A stretch of 64,000 nt of DNA from Antedon mediterranea (taxonomy: Eukaryota; Animalia; Echinodermata). Shown here piece by piece: positions 36,645 to 50,547 of this stretch. Below the pieces are notes generated by a model. The model was not told the origin of the DNA and did not search any database. It saw only the letters and a program-made list of their open reading frames with translations. The translations under genes and the position numbers were made by a program. The stretch lies in assembly GCF_964355755.1 (NCBI RefSeq), contig NC_092670.1, positions 28,880,388 through 28,944,387 on the forward strand. The letters run 5' to 3'. The stretch's first letter is position 1. Each line of letters begins with the position of its first letter.

Positions 36645-37795
36645 GGACTAGAAATTTGGCTTATCAATCAAATAAATACTTTCGTTCAAAATGAAACTCT
36701 AACCTCTCTAATCAAAAGATTGAACTCGAAAACGGACCGTTTTTTTTAATTGGGTATGTTGAAACATTTCCATATTCATTTAAAAAAGTACATTAATTAT
36801 GGTATTGATCAGTGGCTATAGAGGCGTAAAAACCCTCGGTCAATATCATGTAAAATGCACTGTGGAAGGGTCATTATTAAGACTGCAAAATTGGGCTTAT
36901 CAACAAATAAATACTTTCGTTCAAAATGTAAAATCAAGGCTGAAAAATTGGGCTTATCAACAACAAAATATTTTATTATTAGACGCGATAACATCAAGGA
37001 TAATCAGTATAATTATTAATATAGCCACTGTTACTTATAGTTTTATTCTACATGCTAAAGTAAATAAAAATCCACTAGAAAACAAACAAGTCTGAATGTT
37101 ATGCTTATTAGCCATGTTATGTTTGTTACTGTAGGCCTATGATTGTTTGTAATGTCCACATATTATTTCCGTGGGCATATCCATAGTGTATCACTCACAA
37201 AAAAGACGTGTTTCTTTCTTTAGATTTTGAAAAATGATTTGTGTTACAGGTTGACACAAGAGTCAAATGCTCAAGATATCGGCTAACGCCATGGGACCCT
37301 TGGCTTATCAATGAATAATAAATACAGTACTACTTTCGTTCAATTGAAATCGGAATCTGACCGTTTCATTAAATTGGGTGTGATTAGGCCTAAACATAAT
37401 AATTTATTAAAAATGTACAATAAAAACAAATGCATCAGAGGCGTAAAGAACCCACGGTCAATATCATATAAAATGTATATGGTATAAGCACTGTGGTGGA
37501 AGGGTCATTATTATTAAACTGGAAAATTCGGCTTATCAACAAATAAATACTTTCGTTTAAAATGTAAAATAAGACTGCAAAATTGGGCTTATCAACAAAT
37601 AAATACTTTCGTTCAAAATGTAAAATAAGACTGCACAATTGGGCTTACCAACAAATAAAATACTTTTTTTAAAAAATGTAAAATTAAGACTGGAAAATTG
37701 GGCTTATAAACAAATAAATACTTTTTTTCAAAATGTAAAATTAAGGCTGGAAAATTGGGCTTATAAACATATAAATACTTCCGTTCAAAATGTAA
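36645..37795. repeat. ~54-bp minisatellite within a larger duplicated unit
   Basis: AAATTGGGCTTATCAACAAATAAATACTTTCGTTCAAAATGTAAAAT occurs about 9 times and is tandem at 37520-37795. Confidence 0.8.
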
Positions 37796-40700
37796 GAAAA
37801 CATTTTTTAAATATAATCCTTAAGCTCTGTCTATACTATCAAACTAAATATGATGTGCCCATATTATATAGACATGACGATGTCATATCACTACGATAAT
37901 CGGGCATATCACTACCATATTTGGGCACATCACACTTTTTTGGTTAAACTAGTTGGGACAGTGTAGACACAGAACTATGTGATCGAAACATAAGTCGGAA
38001 TTGGACTGACGCGATTGATTTAATTGGGTATTTTTATTAATGTAATGATTCATTAAAAACTATAATACCGATACGCGTTTGGTATTGATCAATGGTGCAA
38101 AAAACCCTGAGAAATAATGTTATAACGCGATTTGGTGATAGCTTAGCAATAATACAACCCATACTATTATTATAAATAATTATTACAAATCCATTCATAT
38201 AACTTTTCATCGCGAACCGAAAATGTATAAATGTTATTCTACAGACAGTAATTATATATTCAAAAGCCATATTTTTATTATTATCAATACCTAAATGCGA
38301 TAGTAATAACCACATACATTATTCCCAATACAAGTTTGTGCGTTTAATTATAGAAAGAAACGACTGTGCTGACAGGCCAATGACATAAATCACAAGTAAA
38401 GTCCCAATTGTTCACTTGCGTTTTGATTGGCCGACCTATTATATTAGATTAATGAAGACTGTTCTTACAACTGTCCAGTCAACAAGTTACGCGGCGTTTT
38501 TTGTAAGAAATATTTCTTGTTTAATTTATTTATTTATTTGGAATTACACCTTTAGATCGGTGGCACACTTAGCAAAAAGGTGCATCCTTTACAATAACAA
38601 TATAAAATATAACAATTAACAGAAAAGTAAAAAGGCAAAAGCAACTATCAACCCCTATCCTACCCCCACCCCCTAATTTACATCGATACATACAGTAGAT
38701 CATTACTTTACACAAATGAATACAAAACAAAATATAGTAAAAGTGTATTAAATAAAATCACCTGACTAAACACAGGTTATTACGTAAACCCACCAACCCC
38801 CTCACCCACCCCTTTTCAATTTACTTAATGTAGCAATGTAGATAACATAGTTATTGAGTCATGGAATTCAGTGAATCATTTCGAAATTTCCATGCTTGTT
38901 TTTTAGCATTTTTTTCCATTCCTTTTACAAAAACTATCCAAAATATTTTCACACTCTTCATCGATTAAATTATCTGAGTATCCCAAAATATATTTAAGTT
39001 TGTCATTTTCATGAGAATAATAATAATAATAATATATAATAATTTACATTTTTTATTATTATCAATATTCCAATTTGCAGTTCTATCATTCAAAGGTAGA
39101 GTATTTGAACGAGCTTTAAATTTTAATGCAGCACCTTCAAAATTAGTTTTATCAATTAAGTAGTTTTCAAGTCCATGTTCTGATTTTAATGTTTCATAGA
39201 TTTGGAGACTTGATTTATTTTGTAATTCAATTCTCCATTCATCTATCATTATAGAGTTAAGTTTTCTTAAGATTTCAGAAATTGGAAAGTAGACTTCTTT
39301 ATAATTTGAGAGAGTAGTGAAAATATTTTGGAATCACAATTACACTTCAAGAGAATATCGTTTATACAAGATAGAAACTTATACCTTAAGTCTTTAAATT
39401 CACAATTAAGTTGTAGCATTCCAATAAACTTAATTTTTGGCCATCGATAGTTTTCCATCTTTATAATTCTATGGAAGTATTTCATACGAAGAGCGTTATG
39501 GATCTCGTTAATTGGAGACCAACCAAGCTCTCCATATAAGGCGGCACAATGTGTATTTCGAGGTGCTTTTAAGATATAACGTGCCATTTGGAGCAGCTGG
39601 AGACGCAATTTATCTATATCTATTCTACTTAAACAGCACCATACTGAACAACCATAGTTGATGGATGGGAGAACTATCGATCTCCACAGAGTATCCCCAT
39701 AATATACTCTGTTAAAGTTATCAAAGCTACTGATAATTGATTTAACATACGCTATTAATTTTTGACCTTTTTTTATAACATTCTCAATTTGTATATGGTC
39801 ATTTAATTTACGAGAAATATGTACACCGAGATATTTATATGATTCAGTTTCAGATATAAAACCATTACCTAATTTCCATTGTCTTACTTTATGAACACGT
39901 TTACCAGTTATCAGTATATTTGACTTTTCAAAATTAAAACATAATTTCCATTCCTTAGCAAAATTTCCTGCAAGGTCTAACATTCTTTTCATTTCCAGTT
40001 CATTGTTAGCTAATAATACAAAATCATCATCCCAAAGAAGGCTACCCATCCATGTATCATTCACTCTAATACCTATATCATTGGATCTTAACATTTTGGT
40101 TAACTCATTTATGTAGATGCTAAATAGAACAGGTGATAAAACGCACCCTTGTTTTACTCCTTGATCAATATCAAAAATATCTGTATCCATTATACAAGAG
40201 GAGACTTTACCTTTAACATTAGCATAAAGCTTATCAATCATCCTCCATACCTTTCCTCTTATTCCTGTATTCCAAATTGATTTCATTAAGTCGTCTCTCC
40301 ATACACTATCAAATGCTTTTCGGAAGTCCAAGAAGGCCATGTATGTATGCTTACCCTGTTGTAAGCGACAAGTTGCTATACTCTTTAAAACAAAGATAGG
40401 ATCTTCGCATCTATACGAAGGTCGAAAGCCTCCCTGGACTTCCGAAAGAATAGCATTGTCTTCAAGATACAGAGAGAGATATTTTTGGCAACTATCCTAT
40501 TAAAAATTTTGGATATACAAGAGGTTAACGATATCCCTCGATAATTATTGAGATCATTGCGATCCCCTTTTTTGTAAATAGGAACAATTACACTAATATT
40601 CCACTCGCTTGGTATTTGTTCTAGTTTTAAAATTTGTAAAAATAGGTCTAATTAATTTGTCGCCACCATTCTTAATTGATTCATTTGTTATATTATCTAG

Positions 40701-42152
40701 ACCTGGTGACCTATTATTCTTTGCCATTAGGATAGCCTCTTTTACAATATCATAATCAATCTTAACATCATACAAACAATTTTCGTCAACATCTTTAGCA
40801 TATGTACAATTTGTTTTTGTTTGATTTCTAATATTATTAACAAAACGGCTTGTAAGGTAAGTACCGCAATCATTAAGATTCATATTGGTTTTGCCAAGAT
40901 TTTCCCAGTAATCGTTTACAACCTCATTCATTTTCTCTTTTTCGGCAATGTTTTCACCAGAGTCTCTTGATTTAATACATTGAATATTTTTACTGTTATT
41001 TGTATTGCCTTTTAGCACTTTCCAAAAGTCTTTACAAGATTTACCACCTTTGTTTGCAATTTCAATAGATTTGCTGACACGTTTTTCTGAGGTTTTCTGT
41101 GCAACAAGTTGCTTAACATGTTTCTGTGTCTCTTTATAATGCTCCCACAGTGTAACGCCATTATCATAATTCATAGTATTATTTTTGTTATTATTATAAG
41201 TACAGTTCCTATTAGTAATTTTATTATTTTTAACCCATGTTCTGTGTTCTCGCGACGCAATTTTCCTTTTTTTGATGGCATCGTCTATCTCTTTGTCAAA
41301 CCATGGTTTGTTTTTATTATTTACATGTCTAATTCCGATACCTTCAGTGGCTGCCTCGATAATTGTTTTTTTCCAAAAATCCCATGTAGTATTGATATTC
41401 GTTTCATTACTAACATTCCAGTCATTAAATTTTTCTTCAACTTTTTGTTGATAAAAGGAATAATCTTGGTTATGTTTAATATCCCAAATTGGTATATTTT
41501 GATTACTTGTCTGTTGATTACTTATGTTAAGATTATTTAGTGTTAACCATAACACACAATGGTCACTCCCAAAACTAAATTGTCTATGCTCATCAATAAT
41601 TAGTTTATTTACATAATTTACTAAGGATTTTGAGTATAACATGTAGTCTATCGTGCTTTGTTGATTATTTCTTTGCCATGTTATTTTACCTTCACAAAAA
41701 ATAGTACTATTAAGGTTAGTTAAATTAGCGTTTTTAGCAAATTGTATTAGCCTTTCTCCATTTGAGTTTATTACGGGGTCTCCGTTATATATGGAGTCAC
41801 CAATCCGTGCGTTAAAATCATCTAGAAGTAGAATAAGAGGATTCATTTCCTTCTCTTCAATTCTAATTATTTCAGAGAGCAGTTGGGCGTATAGATCGTC
41901 AGTCAAATCATTGTTTACTCCCTGGACCGGGAAATATGCAACACAAATATATAATGGTACCTTATCTACGCTAACTTTTACCCATAATCTTTCAAAATCA
42001 TCATCTATACAGTTTAAAATATTTTCAGATGTAACCACTATTTTGTCTGATAGGAATAACCCAATACCACCCCCCTTCTTTCCGTTACGTTCTTTCCCAA
42101 CCCAGTTATAACCTTTAATAGACATTGCGTTGCTCTCTTTTAAGTGTGTTTC

Positions 42153-45100
42153 TAGTCCAGTCAATCTAATGATATACCCACCACAAATTGCAATAGTAAC
42201 AAAGTAAGTATTTTTGAATTCCATATAAAGTGTAGAACGACATACTAAAAGTCACCGAAAATCCAAGCATTGGGTCAAGGGGTCAGAGGTCAATAAAGGT
42301 CATTTTAAGTCAAAATTAATATGCCCCATTAATTACATATATTTAACCATTTGAAATACATTATATACAAGTGTGATTTATGTCATCCGAAAGTTTATTA
42401 AATTTCCTATTCAGTGATATCAAACTTATAGTCAAAACATTTTATTTAGCATGTCATTTTTGCGGAAAAACACAACATAATGTGTCAATTTTAGCTAAAA
42501 ATGTTGTTTTCGCTCTAAACAACAATGGTATACACACAGGGATACCCTGGGGTGAACATTTCAGTCCAAAGCGATACACATGACCAGCTGAAGATGCAGA
42601 TGAGTTCCTGTTGCTGTTGCTTCTGAATGATCTACATTCCATTTTTTTCCAGATGGCATTTGTGTTGCCATGGTTACAGTATTTATATTGGGATGTGTAA
42701 GTATTTTAACGATTTTTTAACCAGTAGAAATACAAAGATGTTCAACAGCAGTTTGACAATGACCTCCATGTTGTATGACGTTCGGACCATCTGGGCTGGA
42801 TTGTCAACAGACCTGGTGATTGAAAAGGTTTCTATGAAAAGCCTCAAAGAAAACCAGAGGTTTGACAAGAGATTTAGGAATGAGTACATCCAGACCAAAT
42901 CTGCGTTGAATGTAATGCCTCGCAATAGTATCAGGGCGTTACTCCAGCAGCGGCCAACATAAGAACTTTGGCCACACGTCAGGAACACAATAGCAATTGG
43001 AAAATCCATTTGGACTTCATACCATTGACACGGGAGTTACTGCAGGTGACTCGGAATATTGGCAATGTGGTATTAAGCATTGAATATTTTGGACGGATGT
43101 TAGGCCAGAAAGTCTTGCAATGTATTCAAGATCCTGGCAATAAAGTACATACAGGCAAATATGTGTGCATCGATCCTACAGTTCCAGAGGAGACTCGAGG
43201 TGACAACAAGGAAGTTTTTGAACATGAACTTTGTTATCCACCAGCACTTTTTGAAACAACCAACTTACAATACTTTCAGCTAATAAACCAACATGATGCC
43301 ATGTGGAAACAATGAATAGTCTAACATATCCAACTCACTGAATGATGTCCGATAGGCCTACATTCTAGATGGTAGTGCTCTACTGCACAGCATTCCATGG
43401 AATAGTGTAGAGACTTGATGCGATCTGCCATCATAGTCTTTGATGATTATGAAAGCGGCTCATCCACCAAAGATGGCGCACATGGTAAGGCGGGTCAGGT
43501 GGTAGTATCCCTGTACATTTTACCAGTGACATGTTCCACAAAATAGGATCACTTTCTGTAACAAACGACAATTTATAAATCTTCGTAATTAGTACCCGTA
43601 CTTGAATAAAATGGCAATGAGTGAATGCAGCTGCTGATGCAGATGTTATTTCGGATAGTACAAAAAACCATTGAATCAGCAAACAGGAAAACATCTGTCA
43701 TTATCCGATGACACGGATCTATCTAGTGCTCCTCTGCAATCAAGCATTTAAAACATCTTGTGATATTCTTTAGACTGGAACTGAGATGCTGGACTATCAA
43801 ACTGGCTCAAACAGTACTTTTGAGAGACATCTGTGATAACCTTCTGTTTGCTCATGCGATACTGGTGACAAAACATACAGAGTTTTTGGAATTGGAAAAC
43901 AAGTGGCTCTAAAAAAAGCTTGTCATTGCACTTATTTCTGACATTATGCTGTAGTCTTCAGATGCAAACAAGCTACAAAGGATGACATTCTGGTTGCTAG
44001 AGAAAATGATTTAGTGTGTCTGTACAATAGACGACCTGGAGAACGTGGAATGCCTTTGACTCCATCCCATCTACAAGTACAACCTTGCATATATAACTTC
44101 ATAATCGTACCACAACCAAGGTACATAACATCATGTTCAAGTTCAAGTTCAAGTTATCTTTTAGCAATGGAGTGGGGTTGATATGTGTACCGAAGATTGG
44201 GGATGGAAGATCAGATGATGGAAACATGGTTCCTCTACACACAGACTTAAAGCCAGCACCTGAGTATCTCCTTGAAGCCTTCAGGGGTAACTATAACTAC
44301 ATGTGGTGAATGCAACGGCATTGCACTGTACTGATACCCGAACAAGAAAGTGATACTGATGACATAGTTGTGAGTCCTTTTCTATTTGAAGGATTAAACA
44401 ATATCATCCCACACGGGGCAATTCAAATAAAAAGGTCTGGATTAAAATGATCTTACAAAATATACAAAAATATCACAATACACAGTACAATATAACAAGA
44501 GTCAAAGTTCAAGAATTTAAGAGTCGGGTGGCAACTGGCAAAACAGAATTTCTTTTACGGTGTGTTCTACATGCCAGGCATCGAAAGCGACGCCCATGAG
44601 GCATGAGCTCGAAATCACTGAACAAGGCATGGTTAACATTTTTTAGAATTTTTTACCCTAAGACTAAAAAACCAGCATATAAAGTAAAACAGTTAAAACG
44701 TTCTCAATAAAGGAATTATAAAAAACCCTGAGAATTACTTTATCGACATTAAAATGGTTCAGCTTCCTTAACAGATAAAGTCTCTGGTGCCCTTTCTTTA
44801 CTATTGCCTCTGTATTTAATTCCCAGCTGAGATTGTCCTAGGTATTTAAAGGAATGGACAATTTTGCTGGTTCGTCATTTATGAGGGCTACCAGAGGGCT
44901 GCGTCCTTTCTCCTTCCTAAAATCTACAATCATCTCCTTGGTTTTGGTCACATTCACTTCCATCTAATGCGGAACCATGGCCGTCCTGTGAATTTTTAAG
45001 GAGAGACAGCAAGACAGTGTCGTCAGCAAATTTGACAAGATGACTATTGTCCTGTTTGCTGCGATAGTCATCCGTGTATATAATATACAGGAGAGGAGAG

Positions 45101-46345
45101 AGGACGCAACCCTGGGGAGATCCAATACTTGTCATTACGTACATTCGTTGATACTAAAATCATCAAAAATCTATCTATACTAGGCGTAAATCATGAGTTG
45201 ATTCCAAATTTCAAGACTCATTAATTAATCAGCAATAGTACATACCGCTAATGAATTCCAATGTTCTTCTAGCTAGCATCATTTTTCCTATTTCATGACG
45301 ATACAATAGGTACAGGAAAAACATTATTTGCACCAAATACTTCCAATATATAAATAAACATAATTTAGTTTTACGCTATTTTAAGAAAATTTGAGTTTTC
45401 GTAAAAGGTCACTGACCTCTATAGTTACATAACAACTGTTGTATCAATTAGTTTTTAGAGTAAGAAATACATATTATACACATTTGTAGTTATTTAGATT
45501 TTATTGGCAGGCATAAATGTTACCTCTAAACACAAGTTTCATCAAATGCATCGGCAATTATGGAATAAGACATTGCAGTTAATAATTTTGTTAGGAAAAA
45601 TTTGAGTTTTTGTAAAAGGTCAATGACCTTTTGACCTCTAGTTACGTATAACTGTTGTATTAATTGTTTTTTTAATGTATATTAGTAGGATATATATACT
45701 ATACACATTGGTACTAAAGCTATTTAGATATGGTTATAAAACAATGGATTATAGGCATAAACGCTACCCCCTACCACAAAATTGTTTACATTACATTTGA
45801 TCAAGAATCAATTTCAATAAGAATAGTACATCATTACTTTTAAAAATTCTTCTAGTTAACATCATGTTTCCTATTCTATATATCGATAGGTACAGAAAAA
45901 ACACAATTTTGATTAAATGCATCCACAATTATGGCATACGATATTACAGTTAATCATTTTTTTTATGGAAAAAAATGAGTTTTTGTAAAAGGTCAATAAC
46001 CTTTTGACCTCTAGTTATATAAATAGGTGTTGTATTTTGGTTTTTTAAATTGCATATTAGAAAGACATATATATTCTACACATTGATATCAAGATTATTG
46101 AGATTGGATTAAAAAACCACAAGTTATGGGCATAAATGTTACCCCCTACCCCAAAAATATTTACGGAATAAAATCGCTATATAGTTGTTGAGATTACGTA
46201 AAAAATAAAGTGTTCCAATGCTTCAATTTTCGGTGACTTTTAATATGTCATTATAAACTACATTTGGAATGAAAAAATCAATGTTTCGTTACTATTGTAA
46301 TTTGTGGTGGGTTTACCTCTAAATATCACTAGATTGACTGGACTA
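42153..46345 (+). mobile_element. AcademX DNA transposon, internally deleted, with degenerate XPG-like ORF
   Basis: TIR TAGTCCAGTCAATCTA / TAGATTGACTGGACTA, TSD TTC. Remnant motifs FEHELCYPPALF, LDGSALLHSIPW, IVFDDY, ADAD, DDTD, LFAHAIL..FGIGK, DWGWK and a Cys-rich end (42500-44340). Confidence 0.85.
44380..45135 (-). mobile_element. Rex1/Babar-like LINE fragment nested in Academ
   Basis: GSPQGCVLSPLLYIIYTDD...LVKFADDT, FKYLG, HQRLYLLRKL. Confidence 0.75.
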
Positions 46346-46472
46346 TTCAGCAATACCAAGTATATCAATACTCTTACTATATATAAACTTTTGAATTTCA
46401 TAAATCCTATGTTTGCTTAAGCAGTTAATATTATTAAAACATATATTTCGGCTATTTTTACCTACAAGTACA

Positions 46473-47234
46473 TTTTTAGTCGCGTGGAAGCGACTCTATA
46501 GTTCACTATGTCGGTCGGTCGGTCGGTCTGTCGGTATGTCGGTCTGTCGGTCGGTCTGTCGGTCCGGTATCACTATGCGTTTCATCGCTTTCTATCGCTA
46601 GGTCGATTTTTCACAGTATATTCCTTATGGCCAGGAATCGATGTGGTTATGTTTTCACGGTGCGCAATAAAAAATTACGCGGTCTACGCATGATTTAACG
46701 AATCACGTTTGTAATCATATCTTCACAACCATGAATCACAATTTAATAAAATTTGGTACTCATAAATTTCAGGGCATAAATCATCATATGGCAATACAAT
46801 TACGTGCGTAGCGCATGTAACGCATGCGTACGCGCGCTTAAAATTTTCAAAATTTATTTTCGATGAAATAAGAGTACGTTTCAGGCAATTTTAAGCGTTT
46901 ACAAAATTGCCATGAGTGCGCATATTTTTGCGCGCGCACTGCGCGTTAAATGTTATTGCGCACTCTTTTTGCCCGATTTCTGTTTTCTTGACTTACTTTT
47001 CAACTCGAAATTACGTTATACGAGCACGTCAAAAGTGACAGGCTACGCACGTGTAAATTTTTAAAAAAAATGTTTTTAAACATTTCAACATTTTTAAACA
47101 TGTTCAGTAATTTCGGTCAGTATAGTTCACTATGTCGGTCGGTCGGTCGGTCTGTCTGTCGGTCTGTCGGTCTCTCTGTCGGTCCGGTATCACTATGCAT
47201 TGTAGCACGCGACTTAATGGCTGTTGGCCTTGTT
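46473..47234 (+). mobile_element. Helentron/DINE-1-like non-autonomous element
   Basis: Subterminal IR AGTCGCGTG / CACGCGACT, duplicated (GTCG/GTCT)n block, 3' hairpin, T-rich insertion site. Interrupts the LINE N-terminus. Confidence 0.7.
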
Positions 47235-48249
47235 CCTTTTCTTTCTACCTCCTCTTCGGTGTTTTGTTTGTCGCTTTGGGGCTTGAGGATGTATATCGAG
47301 GTTTTGTTCATTGTTAAGTTCATCTGGTAGGATGCTATAAATGTTCGGTGTTTCGATATTAATATCTACATTATTAATATGTCTGCCAGGTGGAACATAT
47401 TCCTGACGATACCATTATTTTAGAGGGAAAAATTATATGTACTTTGTTTCTGTAAGTAAATTGCGTTCGGTTTTTATATAGGCCTAGGCCTACAATATTG
47501 TTATCAGTAGAATATTCTGTGAATCTAACCTGTTTCTTGCAGGCGGTTTATCCCATCTTAGATCTTCACATGATGAATACATTAAAAAATAACATCAAAA
47601 CTATAACATCCTTAAAAGAAAGGAGACATCACACAAGGTAGGCCTAAAAACCAATCAGATTTATTTATGTATACCATATTATTTTCGGCCTAATCAGCGG
47701 AATCTCACAAAACCGTCGCCGGTGGCCATCCTTTGCATATAATACTATTATTATTAACTAGCATAGCTAGGCCGGGCCTCCTGCGCAGCATATTATTATA
47801 CTATTATTGTTATACTAATGTGTACTACATTGACCATTATTTACCGAATTACTGTATATCTGATTCTTCATAATTTCAAAATCATATTAATTTTTCATAT
47901 CAATTTTATTGTTTCACAGTACATACAGCTTTAAAAACAGATCTCAAGAAAAAGCCTTGTTAAAATAGATGTGTGGAATCACAACACAGTGCATTTAATT
48001 AAGACATTTGTAATAGTAAAACAAAAGGCTTGTAGACGAATGGACAAATGACATCTGCATGCAAAAATAAGGTTAAGTTAGTGAAAATGGATAAATTGGG
48101 TTATGAAAATATTCATACTTGTGTCTACTGTTTTGTTTTAATTTTAAATCAACTTTTTTCGACTAATTTTTGGTGAAAGTTAAAACTATTATGATACTTC
48201 AAAATGACCAACTTTTTTTCGAAATATTAATTTTTTTAAATAAAATTTG

Positions 48250-48850
48250 TTTGTTGAATTCGTCAAAGGGACAATACATCTTTAACTTAACGTTGAAATA
48301 AGATTGAAAAACAAATGTAATATGGCGTTAACACAATGTAATTTCAACCTTTATTCAATGTTGAAAACATGTTGTCATTTTAACCAAAAATGCCAACTGA
48401 ATTTTAACGTTGAATTAACGTTAACATTATATTGTGTTATAAACGTAACACAATGTTCAATTCAAATCATGTTGCCATTCTAACTAAAAGCCAGCTCGAT
48501 TATAACGTTTTTTATCGTTGAAATGAGATTGATATAGAAACGTAATACTGTAATGGAGTTAAAACATGAAAACATAATTTCAACCTTTATTCAATGATGA
48601 AAACATGTTGTCATTTTAACCAAAAATGCCAACTCGATTTTAACGTTAAATTAACGTTGAAAAGAGATTTCTAAAGAAACGTAATACTGTAAAGGGGTTA
48701 AAACATGAAAGCATAATTTATAACCTCTATTCAATGATGAAAATATTGTTTAAAAAACTACCTACTTTCAATCTTTTTTCAACATTGAAAACATATCATT
48801 TTAACCAAAATCGACTGGATTTCAACGTTAAATTAACATTGATAAATAAA
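48250..48850. repeat. AT-rich repeat array with AACGTT/TTCAA-TTGAA palindromes
   Basis: Recurrent tttaaccaaaaatgccaact and aacgttgaa units. Confidence 0.55.
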
Positions 48851-48859
48851 CGTAAACGG

Positions 48860-49740
48860 TTGGGCGCGATGACATCAACGGCATATCTGATGTTTATAAT
48901 AGAACGTACCTGTTGCTATAATTTGTAATTGATCTATATAAATGTACTAAATACAAATTTATGTAAAGATGCCCTTAAACTCTCTCTGGCGGACAATTCA
49001 GTTACACAAGGTGTAGGCTTATCCCTTCACACCATACCAACACCCCTCCCCCTCCGTTCAACATATTGACCAAACATGAACTCTCTCCCCCTCTCTATCC
49101 AAGCTCAATTAAACACAACCAGACACATTATTAGTTAAAAAAGAACTTAGGCCAGGTGTCCAGGTGGACAAATTAGCCTAAGCCTATTAAAACAAACTGC
49201 ATTTCTCTGCTATTTTTAAACGGACATTCAAAAACGGTACGATGTATAGTGAAGACTCATAATTTGTCACCGTCTGGAAGTAGACCTATCACATTAAAAA
49301 AATTAAATGTATATCATATTTTTTTCGGTGACAGAATATTGTAATTTAATCAACTCTATCTTTTGTGGATAGTTGGGCTATCTTTTACGTTATAACAAAT
49401 ATTGGCACGTTTTTGGGCGATGAAATCAACGGCTTATCTGATGTTTATGTATAACGTAGGCCTACCTGTTGCCTGTTATAATTTATAATTGATCCATATA
49501 ATGTAAATATAAATTAATGTAAAGATGCCCTTAAAAGCTCTCTCTGGCGGACACTGTTACAGTTACACACGATGTAGGCATATCCATTCACACCATACCC
49601 CCTCCCACCCCTCCGTTCAACATTATCGACCAAATATAACCCCCCCCCCCCCTCCCCATCCAAGCTCAAATACACGATCACCTCACACCTAGACAAAATT
49701 ATTTAGTTAAAAAAGTCAAAAACTCCCACTGGTGGACAAA
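48860..49740. repeat. ~555-bp tandem duplication
   Basis: 48860-49170 is repeated at 49414-49740 (tgggcgcgatgac...ctctctggcggaca...ggtggacaaa). Confidence 0.75.
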
Positions 49741-50547
49741 CTGCATATTAGATAGTTATTAACTGTTATAATATAGAGGGTGCAATCTGTCACGGGGGTA
49801 CCTAATATTCTAGACGGTCCGTAATATATTGCACCCTCTATAATAGATAGTTTTTAAACTGTTATAGGGTGTTCAATCTGTCACGGGGGTACCTTTTCTA
49901 TACAGTCGACCGTGATATATTGTATCCCTTGGTGTATATAGATACTGGAAGGGTATAATCTGTTACGGGGATACAATATTTTTAGACTCCCAGCATTGGA
50001 TTTTGTATCCATTTGCAAAAACATGACAAAAGGAGAGGACCAAGAATTAATGTTTATTATATACATTATTTGATTGAAGACGGTGTTTAGTTTTCGAGAT
50101 CCTGGTGGTATAGGTACAATGCGTTATCTGACGAATTAGAAATATTATTAATATTATCATTGTAATAAACGAGTAAAGATAATCATTTTGTTATACAAGA
50201 ACTACAATGTGGTAGGGTTACTAGGCCTACAGTAAAAGGTATACAAATTATACGGTTCAGGTGGTGATTTGAATATTCTGTAAAATACCCGTTGATTTCA
50301 CAGGGTACACCTATTCTAGCCCGAAAAATTATTATTATATTACAAGGGTGTTGGTGTTACGGATGGGTCTCTAAATAGCTGTGTATCCCCAATTATTATT
50401 TCTTTATACACGTGTGTAGGCCTATGTGATGCCTTTAATGTTTTTGGGCCTCTTCAATTGGCGTACGTCCGTTTTCCTTTGTAAAAATAATAATAAACAA
50501 TTAAACATAGGCCTAATGTCACATGGGCCTAAAACAATCTTTGAATA

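Larger units (their letters stand above)
38522..47340 (-). mobile_element. RTE-X-like LINE (APE + RT), split by two insertions
   Basis: ORFs 40593-42152 (APE) and 39267-40340 (RT). The N-terminus NINCL...IDILGIAE|THLKE resumes at 46346-46475 and 47235-47323. Same family as the 28925 element. Confidence 0.88.

Noticed and set aside
36645-37795. CRISPR-like array
   Set aside because: Units are contiguous minisatellite copies without unique spacers.
42153-42224. N-terminus of ORF 40593..42224
   Set aside because: Read-through from the Academ TIR. The real APE N-terminus is at 46346 onward.
46413-47330. SVGR/SVCR-repeat ORFs as proteins
   Set aside because: Translations of a (GTCG/GTCT)n microsatellite.
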